A stretch of DNA of 64,000 nucleotides from the NCBI GenBank assembly GCA_040386535.1, contig JAZKFH010000013.1, forward strand, positions 514,827-578,826. The letters run 5' to 3'. Source of the DNA: Myxococcota bacterium (GTDB taxonomy: Bacteria; Myxococcota_A; UBA796; SXON01). A program made the position numbers and the translations under genes. Below are positions 26,847-38,756 of the stretch, one piece after another. The notes under the pieces were generated by a model. That model saw only the letters and a list, made by a program, of their open reading frames with translations. It was not told where the DNA came from and did not search any database. Positions within the stretch are counted from its first letter, which is position 1. Every line of letters begins with the position of its first letter.

Positions 26847-29800
26847 CAGAACTCGGAGGTGAGGAGGTCTTCGGAGGTCTTCTGACCTGCCGCCGCGGCC
26901 ACGCCCGAGGGTGCGGTGCCCTGCAGGAAGGGCATGGACCGCCCACCCTGCATGGGGCGGCCCGTCTTCTCGTCGATGGAGACCCAGTTGAGGTTGGGCG
27001 CGCCCGGGAACGGCTTGTCGGCTGCTTCCGGCACGGCCACGGCCATGTAGTCCATCCAGATGGGGAGGGACGTGTAGCCGCCGGTCGCGGAGGAGCCGAG
27101 CGACTTCGGTTGGTCGTAGCCCACCCACACCGCCGTGAGGACCTCGGCGGTGTAGCCCACGAACCAGGCGTCGTGGAAATCGTTGGTCGTGCCGGTTTTT
27201 CCGGCCACGTGGAGGCCGAGCTTCTGGGCCTTCGCCGCGGTGCCGCTCGAGGCGACCTCCTGCAAGAGCCAGCTCGTGATGCCGGCCACGTTCGGGTCGA
27301 GCACCTGCTCGAAGGGCACGGGGGTGAAGGCCTCGAGCACCTTTCCGTCACGGTCGAGTACGCGCGCGATCGTGTGGGGCTCGACCTTTTTGCCAAGCGT
27401 GGCGAACGCCGAGTAGGCGCGCGCGAGCTCCGGCATCGTCAACGAGCTCGACCCGAGGCCCATCGAGAGGTCGACCTCCATGTGGCTCTCGATGCCGAGG
27501 CGGCGCGCGAGCTTGTAGACGGGGTCGAGGCCGATGGTGTCGAGCACGCGGATGGTCACGACGTTGCGCGACTGGGCGAGCGCGTTCCGGAGCGTGATGT
27601 CGCCCAGGTAGTTCTCGCCGAAGTTCTCCGGCTTCCAGAGCTGGGACTTGAGCGTGTTGAAGACGATCGGCGCGTCCTGCACGATCGTGCCGGCGGTGAA
27701 CCGCTTCGTCTCGATCGCGGCGGCGTACACGATCGGCTTGAACGTGCTGCCGACCTGCCGCGAGGCCTGGGTGGCGCGGTTGAACTCGGTCGCCTTGAAG
27801 TCGACCCCGCCGACCATGGCGAGCACGGCGCCGTCGGTCAGGCGGTAGCTGTAGAGCGCGCCCTCGATCGCGGGCGACTGGTAGAGCTCGGCGGCCGCGT
27901 AAGGCCCCTTGCCGTCCCACGCCGCGTCGGCGAAGGGCTTGGCCTGCCGGAAGTCGCGGTTCGTGACCTCGACCTTGACGAGGTCGCCCCGGGTGAGGGC
28001 GTTCGTGAGGTCGTCCTGCTTGCGGTACTTGCTGTTGCGGTTGGAGTCGGGCTTGTAGGCCCACTCGGTCCACGCGAGCGGGATGATGACCTCGGACTCG
28101 CCGAGGCCCACGACCGCGTGTTTCTTCTCGACCGAGACGACGACGCCCTCGTAGCGGGCGCCCTCGGCGAGGCTGGTGTTGACCTTGGCGAGCTCCGCCA
28201 GGCGCGCGGTGATGGCGCCCTCCGCGAGGGTCTCCTTGGGGCCGCGCCAGCCGACCTTCTCGTCCGTGCCGGTCACGCCGTCCGTCACCGCTTGCTGGGC
28301 CTTTCGTTGCAGGTCCAGGTCACAGGTAGTCTCCACCACGAGGCCCTCGTTCAGCACGCGGTCGGAGCCGTACGTCTCGACGAGGTAGCGGCGCACGTGC
28401 TCGGTGAACCAGGGCGCGGTGAGCAGGAATTCGTTGGTGCGCTCGACGATCTCGAGCGGTTTGGCGTAGGCGGCGTCGGCCTCGGCGCGGGTGAGCTTGC
28501 CGTTGTCGACCATCTGGTCGAGCACGTACTGCTGGCGCGCCTTGGCCTTCTCGAAGTGGCGGTGCGGCGAGTAGTCGCTCGGGCGCTGGGGCAGGCCCGC
28601 GATCATGGCGGCCTCGGCCACGTCGAGCTCGCCGACGTGTTTGCCGAAGTACACGCGCGCGGCGGCCTCGACCCCGTACGCGCCCGAGCCCAGGTAGATC
28701 TGGTTCAGGTACAGGTAGAGGATGTGCTCCTTCTCGAACGCCTCCTCGACGCGCCACGCGAGCAGGACCTCCTTGATCTTGCGCGTGTAGGTCTTCTCGT
28801 TCGACAGCAGGAAGTTGCGCGCGACCTGCTGGGTGATGGTCGAGGCGCCCTGGGCCTTGCGCCCCTTCGCCGCGTTGCGGAGCACGGCGCGGACGATGCC
28901 CATGTAGTCGACGCCGTCATGCTCGTAGAAGCCCGCGTCCTCCGCCGAGAGGAAGGCGTCGGTCACCACAGCGGGGATGGTGTCGAGCTCGACGACATAG
29001 CGGCGCTTCTCGTAGATCTCGCCCATCAGGCGGCCCTGCTGGTCGTACACCACCGTGACCGTGGGCGGGCGGTACACGGCGAGGGCCTCGACCGTCGGGA
29101 GCTCGCGGGAGTGGTACCAGCCGACGCCGAGCACGGCCAGGAGCGCGACCACGGCGCCGATGAGCGTGAGGGCGGTCCCGCCGAGGAACAGCCGCAGGAA
29201 CCAGCCGCGCCGCTTCTTCGGCGGCTTGCGCCCGCCCTTGGTCACCGGGCCGCGACCCGGGGGAATGGGGGGCTTGCCCCCGCCGGAACGTGGGGTGCCC
29301 GCAGGCGGCACCGCGGCAGGCGCGGAGCGCGACGGGAGCGGGCTCGGGGAGGCCGACCGGGGCCCCGGCGGGACCCGGCCCGGGGAGACCGGCGCGGCCG
29401 CGCGAGGCAACGCGATCGGCGCCGACGGCCCGGCCGAGCTGGTGGGGCTGGTGGGGCTGGTGGAGCGGTCCGACGTGGTCGGGCGCGCCCCGCCGGTCGT
29501 GTCCATCACCGCGCCGTCACCCGAGACCTCCGGCGCGTCGTCCCAGTGGTTGCGGCCCACGAGCTCGGTGGAGTCGTGTTCGACGATGCTCCGGCGCTCC
29601 TTGACGGTGGGCGGGTCGAAGAACGTGGGCGCGGTGCGCGGAAGCACCGGTGCGGGGCCGGGCGCGGGCATCGCCACCCGGGGCGGGAGCTTTGACGTGG
29701 GCTCGACCGAGGACCCCGTGGCGGCGGCGGAGCGCGACACGGCGGGGGCGGGCGACGCCCCGGGCGCCGGCTTGCGCGGGCCGAGGTTGGCGGTCGGTTC

Positions 29801-30034
29801 GATGGGGGGCGGCGGGGGGACGGGGGCGGGCCGGAGCGCCGGGCGCATCGCAGGCTCCGACTCTTCTTCCGCGAAACGTTTGCCCTCTTGGCGCAACGTT
29901 TCCATGCGTCCCATCGGATACGTGATCATCAATGCGCGACCACAGCTGCACTGCCTCTCCGTCCCCGGCAAAGGATACGGCTCCTCCAGCCGGATGGGAT
30001 TGCCGCAGTGGGGACAGGTGATCTTCAGTGCCAT
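26846..30034 (-). CDS. mrcA: Class A penicillin-binding protein 1A with N-terminal zinc ribbon and Pro-rich cytoplasmic region
   Basis: SAEDAGFYEHDG, GASTITQQ, RKIKE, YLNQIYLG; STFK, SRN, KTG transpeptidase motifs; CPHC...CSC at N-terminus. Confidence 0.92.
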   Translation of the reverse strand: MALKITCPHCGNPIRLEEPYPLPGTERQCSCGRALMITYPMGRMETLRQEGKRFAEEESEPAMRPALRPAPVPPPPPIEPTANLGPRKPAPGASPAPAVSRSAAATGSSVEPTSKLPPRVAMPAPGPAPVLPRTAPTFFDPPTVKERRSIVEHDSTELVGRNHWDDAPEVSGDGAVMDTTGGARPTTSDRSTSPTSPTSSAGPSAPIALPRAAAPVSPGRVPPGPRSASPSPLPSRSAPAAVPPAGTPRSGGGKPPIPPGRGPVTKGGRKPPKKRRGWFLRLFLGGTALTLIGAVVALLAVLGVGWYHSRELPTVEALAVYRPPTVTVVYDQQGRLMGEIYEKRRYVVELDTIPAVVTDAFLSAEDAGFYEHDGVDYMGIVRAVLRNAAKGRKAQGASTITQQVARNFLLSNEKTYTRKIKEVLLAWRVEEAFEKEHILYLYLNQIYLGSGAYGVEAAARVYFGKHVGELDVAEAAMIAGLPQRPSDYSPHRHFEKAKARQQYVLDQMVDNGKLTRAEADAAYAKPLEIVERTNEFLLTAPWFTEHVRRYLVETYGSDRVLNEGLVVETTCDLDLQRKAQQAVTDGVTGTDEKVGWRGPKETLAEGAITARLAELAKVNTSLAEGARYEGVVVSVEKKHAVVGLGESEVIIPLAWTEWAYKPDSNRNSKYRKQDDLTNALTRGDLVKVEVTNRDFRQAKPFADAAWDGKGPYAAAELYQSPAIEGALYSYRLTDGAVLAMVGGVDFKATEFNRATQASRQVGSTFKPIVYAAAIETKRFTAGTIVQDAPIVFNTLKSQLWKPENFGENYLGDITLRNALAQSRNVVTIRVLDTIGLDPVYKLARRLGIESHMEVDLSMGLGSSSLTMPELARAYSAFATLGKKVEPHTIARVLDRDGKVLEAFTPVPFEQVLDPNVAGITSWLLQEVASSGTAAKAQKLGLHVAGKTGTTNDFHDAWFVGYTAEVLTAVWVGYDQPKSLGSSATGGYTSLPIWMDYMAVAVPEAADKPFPGAPNLNWVSIDEKTGRPMQGGRSMPFLQGTAPSGVAAAAGQKTSEDLLTSEF

Positions 30035-30109
30035 GGATGAGCGATCGCGGAAGCTACTACCCCCGCCCCCGATGGGCCGCAAGCAGGGGGGGTGTGCGTC
30101 ATCCTGCGT

Positions 30110-30122
30110 CAATGCTTTGATT
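30110..30122 (-). promoter_or_regulatory. IHF consensus-like site
   Basis: Minus strand AATCAAAGCATTG matches WATCAANNNNTTR exactly, in a divergent intergenic region. Confidence 0.4.
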
Positions 30123-30237
30123 TCGTTCGGCCTTCGTGCGTGGAATCCGCATATACACCTCTCTTCCGTCGAAAGGCGGCTGGTCGTGTCGCTTGCGCCT
30201 GCCCGGGGGCGCGCCTATCTTCCGAGCATACTTCTGA

Positions 30238-30281
30238 CGATACAGCGTTCGATTCTGGGGTCGATTCTGCCGACGATTCTT
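30238..30281. repeat. CGATTCT direct repeats with 12-nt period
   Basis: CGATTCT at 30250, 30262, 30274; CGATACA at 30238. Confidence 0.7.
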
Positions 30282-30351
30282 CCACAGGTCCTGCGAACCA
30301 CCGGACGCCGTCAGTGCGCAAGCACGGCTCCGACACTCGAGCGGAGCTAGC

Positions 30352-33264
30352 ATGAAGCGGGCAATGGGACGCATGGCCGTCCTCGGGGCCCTCGGGGCCA
30401 CGGTCTTGACGGGCTACCACTTCACCGCGGGGGCGGCCCCGAAGCTCGCTTCCACGATGCGCGGGCAAGAAGACGAGGGGAGCCCCGGCGGCGTCGCCGA
30501 GATGATCCGCCAGATGGCGGCCCTCGGGGGCGGCTATCGGCTCTCCTCCCTCAAGAACCTGGCGTTTGGGGACGACTACATCGTCCAGAACTACGTCGAT
30601 CCCCAGCGCATCGACTACGCGGCGATGTACCGCTCGGCGCTCGACGCGGTGGAGCGTCGGGTTCCGCAGGTGCTCCTGCGCCTGGAGAACGGCGATCGCC
30701 GCCTGCATGTGGCGGTGGGGAACTACACCACGGTGCTCACCGTCCAGCCGCTCGACAGCGTGTCCGCGATGGAGGAGGAGCTCAAGCGCGTGGCGCTGAT
30801 CCTCGAGGAGAACCTCGACAAGAAGGACGTGCCGCACGAGGACGTCGAGGCCGCGATGATCAACGGCGTCCTGCAGACGCTCGATCCGCACTCGGTTTTC
30901 CTCCCGCCCGAGAACTCCAAGAAGATGGAGGAGGACAACGAGGGCGAGTTCGGCGGCCTCGGGATCACCATCGTGCTCAACGAGGGGCAGCTCACGATCG
31001 AGTACCCCCTCGAGGAGACCCCCGCCGATCGCGCCGGCCTGCGCGCGCAGGACCGCATCACGCGCATCGAGGGCGAGAGCACCATCAACATGGATCTGGA
31101 GGAGGCCGTGTCGAAGATGCGCGGCCCGCCGGGCTCCCCCGTGACCATCACGGTCGAGCGGGACGCGTGGGACGCCCCGCGCGACTTCACGATCGTGCGG
31201 GACAAGATCAAGGCCAGCCGCGTGAAGGGCGAGCTGCTCGAGGGCGGCATCGGCTGGGTCTACATCGGCAGCTTCCACATCCAGGTGGAGACCCAGCTCG
31301 ACGAGGTGCTCACCCGCCTCGCGCGTGAAGCCGGCCCCGCGGGGCTCAAGGGGGTCGTGCTCGACATGCGCGACAACCCCGGCGGGTTCCTCCACCAGGC
31401 GATCGCGGTGGCGGACAAGTTCCTGGTCAAGGGCACGATCGTCTCGACCGTCGAGCGCAACGGCAAGAACCGCGATCAGCGGAACGCGGCCCCCACCGGC
31501 ACCGAGCCCGACTACCCGATGGCGGTGCTGATGAGCGGCAACAGCGCCTCCGCCGCGGAGATCGTGGCGGGCGCGCTCAAGAACGAAGAGCGCGCCATCA
31601 TCATCGGCGAGCGCAGCTTCGGGAAGGGGTCGGTGCAGAACCTCTACTCCTTCACCGACGGCTCCAAGCTCAAGCTGACCGTGGCCCGCTACCTCACGCC
31701 CGGCGATCACTCGATCCAGAGCGTGGGCATCCCGCCCGACATCACGGTCGAGGGCGCCGTGCTCCTCTCGCCCCGCGAGATCGAGATCGAGGAGGGCGGC
31801 GTCAAGCGCAAGGAGATGAGCGGGCCGCGCGTCTCGTTGTTCGCCCGTGACCGCCTGCAGCGCGAGGCGGATCTCGAGGGTCACCTCGTGAACGACGAGA
31901 ACCTGGAGACCCCGCCCGTCTACGGCATCCGCTACCTCGCGCCGCTCCCCGCCGAAGGGGAGGACGAGGCCCGCACGGATCGCCGCGATCCGCGCAAGGA
32001 CTTCCAGGTCATGTTCGCGCGCGACGTGCTGCTCGCGGCCCACGGGTCACGCCGGGCCGACGTCATCCGCGACGCCGCGACGGTCGTGGCCGCGCGCTCC
32101 AAGGCCGAGGGCGCCCGCATCGAGAAGGCGTTCGACGACCGTGTCGGCATCAACTGGGACGCCTGCGCCAACCCCGACGCCGCCAACACCAAGCTCGAGC
32201 TGGCGCTGGGCGCCGACGGCGTGCTCGACGCGGGGCAGCTCGAGATCGTGAAGCTCACCGTCACGAACCTCGACAGCAAGCCCCTCTGCCAGGTGGCGGC
32301 CGTGAGCAAGAGCGGCAACGACGCGCTCGACGGGGTCGAGTTCTACTTCGGCAAGATCCCCGCCGGCGAGTCCCGTAGCTACGAGACCAAGGTGCGCCTC
32401 ACCGACGGCTACCCGACCGAGGTGTCGGTGATGGACGTGGCGCTGATGGACGCGTCGCGCAAGGCGCTCGCCGCGGCCTCCCTGCCCGTCAAGACGCAGG
32501 GGATCGACCTGCCGCGCTACGCCTGGAGCTGGACCTTCTCCGACACCGCGGGTGGTGACGGCGACGGCACGGTCGAGGTCGGCGAGACCATCGACATGAA
32601 CGTCGACGTGCTCAACCTCGGTCCCGGCACCGGCGGCGTCGCGACCTTCGAGCTGAAGAAGGACGTCGCGATGGGCAAGGCCGTCGAGCTCCGCGGCGGC
32701 AACTTCAAGCTCCCGCGGCTCGCCCCCGGGGCACGCGCGACCGGCAAGCTCTCCTTCCTCGTGACGAAGGCGCCGAGCGACAACGCGCCCATCGGCCTCG
32801 AGCTGCGCGTGCGGGACGCGGAGCGGTACGACTACGCCTCGATCATCAAGGGCGAGTTCTACAACTACTACACGCAGACCGAGACCTTCAGCGTCCCCCT
32901 CGGCAGCGTGCCGCCGGCCGGAAAGCGCGAGCCGCCCAACATCACGTTGTCCCGCGCGCCGGGCCTCACGAACCCGCAGGGGGAGGTCACGATCTCGGGC
33001 GTCGCCACCGACGACATCGGCGTACACGACGTGATCGTGTACCACGGCGCCCAGAAGATCGCGTACGCGGGCGGCGGCGAGGGGACCGGCCTCGCGTCGG
33101 TGCCGTTCACCGCCACCGCCACCCTCGAGCCGGGCAACAACCTCATCGTCGTGCTCGTGCGGGACTCCAACGGCCTCACCTCGACCCGCGCGGTCGACGT
33201 GTACCGCCCGCCCGTGTCCACGGCTGCGGCCCCGCTGCCCGTCGAGAAGAAGTCGACGCCGTAG
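30352..33264 (+). CDS. S41 carboxyl-terminal processing serine peptidase with PDZ and C-terminal Ig-like domains (MXAN_5808-like)
   Basis: LDPHS, GEFGGLGI, DMRDNPGG, SASAAEI, FGKGSVQ, LTVARYLTP. Confidence 0.9.
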   Translation: MKRAMGRMAVLGALGATVLTGYHFTAGAAPKLASTMRGQEDEGSPGGVAEMIRQMAALGGGYRLSSLKNLAFGDDYIVQNYVDPQRIDYAAMYRSALDAVERRVPQVLLRLENGDRRLHVAVGNYTTVLTVQPLDSVSAMEEELKRVALILEENLDKKDVPHEDVEAAMINGVLQTLDPHSVFLPPENSKKMEEDNEGEFGGLGITIVLNEGQLTIEYPLEETPADRAGLRAQDRITRIEGESTINMDLEEAVSKMRGPPGSPVTITVERDAWDAPRDFTIVRDKIKASRVKGELLEGGIGWVYIGSFHIQVETQLDEVLTRLAREAGPAGLKGVVLDMRDNPGGFLHQAIAVADKFLVKGTIVSTVERNGKNRDQRNAAPTGTEPDYPMAVLMSGNSASAAEIVAGALKNEERAIIIGERSFGKGSVQNLYSFTDGSKLKLTVARYLTPGDHSIQSVGIPPDITVEGAVLLSPREIEIEEGGVKRKEMSGPRVSLFARDRLQREADLEGHLVNDENLETPPVYGIRYLAPLPAEGEDEARTDRRDPRKDFQVMFARDVLLAAHGSRRADVIRDAATVVAARSKAEGARIEKAFDDRVGINWDACANPDAANTKLELALGADGVLDAGQLEIVKLTVTNLDSKPLCQVAAVSKSGNDALDGVEFYFGKIPAGESRSYETKVRLTDGYPTEVSVMDVALMDASRKALAAASLPVKTQGIDLPRYAWSWTFSDTAGGDGDGTVEVGETIDMNVDVLNLGPGTGGVATFELKKDVAMGKAVELRGGNFKLPRLAPGARATGKLSFLVTKAPSDNAPIGLELRVRDAERYDYASIIKGEFYNYYTQTETFSVPLGSVPPAGKREPPNITLSRAPGLTNPQGEVTISGVATDDIGVHDVIVYHGAQKIAYAGGGEGTGLASVPFTATATLEPGNNLIVVLVRDSNGLTSTRAVDVYRPPVSTAAAPLPVEKKSTP

Positions 33265-33276
33265 CGTCCGGCGCGC

Positions 33277-36081
33277 TTAGGGCGCCCAGGTGAGCGAGAG
33301 GCCCGCGGACCAGTCGTCGCGGGTCTCTTCGCTCACGAGATCACCGGTCTTCTCTCGCGAGGGCCACATCAGCAGGTTGGAGCCCTTCACACGCACGCTG
33401 AAGTGTTCGCCGAGGCCCTGGCTCACGACCAGATCGAGGCGGTGCACGGGCATCTCGTACACGTCGGGGATGCCCGCGGTGCCGACCGACACGATGCGCG
33501 GGCCGAACACGTTGTAGAGCGCGGCGATGTTGGTGCGCGAGGTCGGGTTCTCGTACGAGAGCTGCGCGTTGACGACCCAGGGCGACTGCCCCTGGAGCGG
33601 ACGGTCGGTCGAGGTCTGGTTGCCGCCGGTCTCCGAGAGGTCGACCCGCGAGGCGATGACCGACACGTTGCCGGAGAGGTAGAGATCGTAGAGGTTCCGG
33701 TTGATGAAATCGAGGCGTTTGCGCAGGTCGAGCTCGCCGCCCACGTTGGTGGCGGAGGTCGCGTTCGCGAAGGTTCCGACGCTCCCGGAGACCGCGCTCA
33801 CGGCCACGACCGACTCGATCGGGTGGTCGAAGTACTTGAAGAAGCCGCCCACCGAGATCGACTCGCCGGCGGAGGGGTACCACTCCCACCGCGCGTCCAC
33901 GTTCTCGATCGTAGCGCGTTCGAGCAGGGGATTTCCGTAGAGCAGGCGGCCGCTCCGGTAGTCGTAGTACGCCACCTCGGAGAGCTCGCGGAGCTCGGGG
34001 CGGGAGAGCGTGCGGCCGTAGCCGACGCGCACCTGCATGCCGTCGGGCACGTCGCGCGGGCCGAGGCCGAAGGTGAACGTGGCGGCGGGGAGCACGTCGA
34101 CCGTCGCGACGTCCGCTACGATGGGCGCGCCCTCGGTGTCGAACAGCTCGAAGGTCCGCACGGTCTGGCGGCTCTGCTCGACGCGCACCCCCGCGAGCGT
34201 ACGGAAGCGGCGCGTCCACGCCACGTCGCCCATCGCGTAGCCGGCGACGATGGACTGGCCCGCGGTGTAGTCGTCCGCGCGGGTCGTGTTCTCCTCGAGC
34301 TCGAGGTAGCCCGCGTCCCCCTGCGCTTCGGCGCCGATGTTCTCGGCGACGATCACCTCGTCGATGGGCGCGCCGAGATCGATGCCGTCGCTGCCCTGGA
34401 ACTGGTAGTTGAAGCGCCGGATGCCGGAGGTACGCTCCTTCACGAGCACCTTGGCGCCGGCCTTGAACGAAAGATCCCCGGCCGGCCGCGCGATCTTCCA
34501 GGTGGCGTCCAGCCCGCCGTCGTGGTGCGTGTCCGCGAGCGTGCCGTAGAAGATGTCGTTCCACGAGCCGCGCTGGGACAGGACGTAGCCGCTCTCCGTC
34601 GCGAGGTAGGTGTACTCGCGGCGGTCGGGCTCGGCCTGGTTCGCCAGCCCGAGCGCGTAGCGCGCTTCGAGCGCTACGGGCCCGATCGGCACGGCGAGCG
34701 CGACCTGCTCGACGAAGAGCTGCTGCTCCTCCCAGCCGATGCGGGTGTTGCGCGTGTCGTTGCTGCCGGTGGGATCGTCCGCGTCGTATTCGAGCGCGGT
34801 GGCCGTGCTGTTGCGGTTGAGCAGGGTGGTCGACGTGAGGCTCGCGCCCTCTCCCCAGGAGAGGCCCAGCGACAACATCCCGCCGAGGCGCACCCGGTTG
34901 CTGGTCTCCACGAACGTCGTGTGGCGCCGCGCTTCGAGCACGTCGTCCGTCACGCTGTAGAGGGTCTGGAACCCGTCCTCGACATCCCACGCGTTGGAGA
35001 ACACGACACCGGCGAGCGCGCCGAGCTCGACGCCGCCCAACGACCACTTTCGCCCGGCGGACACGTTCAGGCCGAGGTCCGGGGGGAGCGTGCGGGGGGT
35101 GAGCGCCCACCGGTTGGGGAGCGCTTCGCCGAAGGCCTCCATCTCCTCGGCGGTGTACCCGTCCTCGGAGAAGATGCCGCCCGTCTTGAGCGGGCCGCGC
35201 TCGCCCGCCGCGGTGAACGAGTCGGGGAGCGCACGCGAGGCGTTGCCGAAGCCGAAGAAGTCCGTGGGGCCGCCCTGTCCGACCTCGGCCTCGGTGAGCG
35301 TGGTGCCGCCGGCCCAGCCGCCCGACACGGTGACGTTGAGGACCGGCTCCTCGGGGATCTGGCGCGTGCGGATCTCGACGACGCCGCCGCCGAACTCGGC
35401 GGGCCTGTCGGGCGAGAACGCCTTCTGGATGACGACGGAGTCGAGCAGCGCCGTCGGGAACAGGTCGAGCGGGACGACGCGCTTTTCGGGCTCGGGGCTC
35501 GGAAGCGACGAGCCGTTCATCAGGGTCGAGGAGTAACGATCGCCGAGTCCGCGCACGTAGACGTACTTGCCGCCGATGACGGTGAGGCCGTTGACGCGCT
35601 TGAGCGCGGTGGCGGCGTCGGTGTCTCCGGTGCGGCTCATCTGCTCGGCGCCGACCACGTCGGTGACGGTGGCGGACTCCTTGCGTTCGCGCAACAGGAC
35701 GACGGTGCCGCCGGGGCGGGAGGCTGCGTTGATGGTGAGCTCCTCGCCGGGCTGCTCGAGGGCGAGGACGATCTCGAGCGCCGCGGTGTCTTCCGTCGTC
35801 ACGTCGACCGTGCTCGTCAACGAGGCGAAGCCGGCGCGGAGCACGGTGAACTCGACCGCTCCGACGGGGACGACCAGTCGGAAACGGCCCTCGTCGTCGG
35901 TCAGCACCTCGGCCAGGTGCCCGACGACCACGATGGACGCGCCCGGGACGGGCAGGCCCGTCTCGTCGAGCACGACGCCGACGAGCGGCGCGGTGACGAC
36001 GGGCGTCGGAGCCTCGATCGCGGGCTCTACCGAACCCTCCTCCGCGTGAACGAACGAGGCGAGGGCGAGCAACGTGAGCAT
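33277..36081 (-). CDS. TonB-dependent receptor with N-terminal carboxypeptidase-regulatory-like domain
   Basis: Plug YVYVRGLGDRYS, LPSPEPEKRVVPLDLFP, barrel motifs GNPLL, NVDARWEWYP, QGQSP. Confidence 0.93.
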   Translation of the reverse strand: MLTLLALASFVHAEEGSVEPAIEAPTPVVTAPLVGVVLDETGLPVPGASIVVVGHLAEVLTDDEGRFRLVVPVGAVEFTVLRAGFASLTSTVDVTTEDTAALEIVLALEQPGEELTINAASRPGGTVVLLRERKESATVTDVVGAEQMSRTGDTDAATALKRVNGLTVIGGKYVYVRGLGDRYSSTLMNGSSLPSPEPEKRVVPLDLFPTALLDSVVIQKAFSPDRPAEFGGGVVEIRTRQIPEEPVLNVTVSGGWAGGTTLTEAEVGQGGPTDFFGFGNASRALPDSFTAAGERGPLKTGGIFSEDGYTAEEMEAFGEALPNRWALTPRTLPPDLGLNVSAGRKWSLGGVELGALAGVVFSNAWDVEDGFQTLYSVTDDVLEARRHTTFVETSNRVRLGGMLSLGLSWGEGASLTSTTLLNRNSTATALEYDADDPTGSNDTRNTRIGWEEQQLFVEQVALAVPIGPVALEARYALGLANQAEPDRREYTYLATESGYVLSQRGSWNDIFYGTLADTHHDGGLDATWKIARPAGDLSFKAGAKVLVKERTSGIRRFNYQFQGSDGIDLGAPIDEVIVAENIGAEAQGDAGYLELEENTTRADDYTAGQSIVAGYAMGDVAWTRRFRTLAGVRVEQSRQTVRTFELFDTEGAPIVADVATVDVLPAATFTFGLGPRDVPDGMQVRVGYGRTLSRPELRELSEVAYYDYRSGRLLYGNPLLERATIENVDARWEWYPSAGESISVGGFFKYFDHPIESVVAVSAVSGSVGTFANATSATNVGGELDLRKRLDFINRNLYDLYLSGNVSVIASRVDLSETGGNQTSTDRPLQGQSPWVVNAQLSYENPTSRTNIAALYNVFGPRIVSVGTAGIPDVYEMPVHRLDLVVSQGLGEHFSVRVKGSNLLMWPSREKTGDLVSEETRDDWSAGLSLTWAP

Positions 36082-36166
36082 GGCAGGCTCCGGAGGTGCG
36101 ATCGGGATTTTTTCGAGGGGAGGGGCGGCGGAAGCTCCGCGCGCCCCAGGACCATCCGGACGCGGA

Positions 36167-37522
<1,356 letters not shown>

Positions 37523-37662
37523 GGATCATCCGGGTCCTCGGAGGAGAAGCGGGAACACCGCTGTCCGAGGCTGCCGAATGTAGAGGGGCCATGTTCCGGG
37601 GCGGGGAAAGGTGGGTGACGGGCTGGGGCCGAGTTCGCGTCGGCGTCCGACACCGCCCCGAA

Positions 37663-38652
37663 TCAGCTCGCCTTCTCCAGCTTCAGCAGCCCCTGCACCT
37701 CGCGCCGCAGGCGCAGCACCTCGTCGCTGTAGAAGCGGTAGGCGCGGGTCGACGCGTTCCGACACTGGTGTTTTCGGAGTGCCAAAGTCGTGACGGCGCG
37801 GATGTACGGCCACTGCGGCACCCCGCGCGGCACCCAGGCGCCGTTGCTCCGCTGGAAGTAGCTGGCGATCGCGCGCGCGTGGGGGAGGGGAAGCAGGCCC
37901 TGCTGCACCTCGTCGGCGAGCTCGCGGCGGATGGTCGCGCGCTCCTCCCAGAGCGCGAGCTGGAACACGCCGAAGAGGATGAGGAACTCGATCGGGAAGA
38001 TCGCGAGGTTGACGGTGACGAAGGCGCCGGTCTGCATCATGTCGCCGACGGTGAGCAGGCCGTTCCAGAGCGCGTGGATCCCCATCGCGCCGCCGAACCC
38101 GACCGGCAGCGCGAGCAGCTTCCATCCCCAGCCGCGGAAGCGGGCGAAGCCGAGGGACGCGCCCACCCACGAGGTCGCGCAGGCGTGCATCACCGCGGAG
38201 AAGAACGTGCGGATCACGACGGTCTGCATCCACGTCATCACGTCGCCGGAGGAGGCGACCTGCACGAAGTAGAGGAAGTTCTCGGTCATGCCGAAGCCGA
38301 GGCCCGCCGCCGCGCCGTACACGAAGCCGTCCGACGCGTTGTCGAAGTGCCGCGAGAACATCACGGCAAACAGGATGAGCGCCTTCATCGGCTCCTCGAC
38401 CAGCGGCGCGATGATTACGGCGGAGAGCTGGTCGGCCATCTCGGCGCCGAACACCCATCCCATCGGCATCATCAGCGTTGTGCTGCCGATGAGCGACAGG
38501 AAGATGGAGCCGATGGCGCCCCAGAGGAACGTGAGGCCGAACAGCCAGAGGGGCTCGCGATCGTGGCGGTCCATCCACCAGACGAACATGAGGAACGCCA
38601 ACATCGGGACGGTCGCGCAGACGACCGACAGGAGGGCGAGGAGGATGGACAT
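37663..38652 (-). CDS. PrsW family intramembrane metalloprotease
   Basis: DRHDREP, APLVEEPMK, GLGFGMTEN, MHA, IHALWN. Confidence 0.92.
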   Translation of the reverse strand: MSILLALLSVVCATVPMLAFLMFVWWMDRHDREPLWLFGLTFLWGAIGSIFLSLIGSTTLMMPMGWVFGAEMADQLSAVIIAPLVEEPMKALILFAVMFSRHFDNASDGFVYGAAAGLGFGMTENFLYFVQVASSGDVMTWMQTVVIRTFFSAVMHACATSWVGASLGFARFRGWGWKLLALPVGFGGAMGIHALWNGLLTVGDMMQTGAFVTVNLAIFPIEFLILFGVFQLALWEERATIRRELADEVQQGLLPLPHARAIASYFQRSNGAWVPRGVPQWPYIRAVTTLALRKHQCRNASTRAYRFYSDEVLRLRREVQGLLKLEKAS

Positions 38653-38756
38653 CGGGGGCTCGCGGAGGCGGCCAGCCTACCACCTGAACATCCAGTGAGG
38701 CAGGCCACGGCGGCGCGAGGCCCGTTGCGCTACAAGAGCGCGAAAGAGGATCTCCC

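Noticed and set aside
30274..30290. DnaA-box-like TCTTCCACA / replication origin
   Set aside because: Single mismatched box, no box cluster, unwinding element or dnaA/dnaN context
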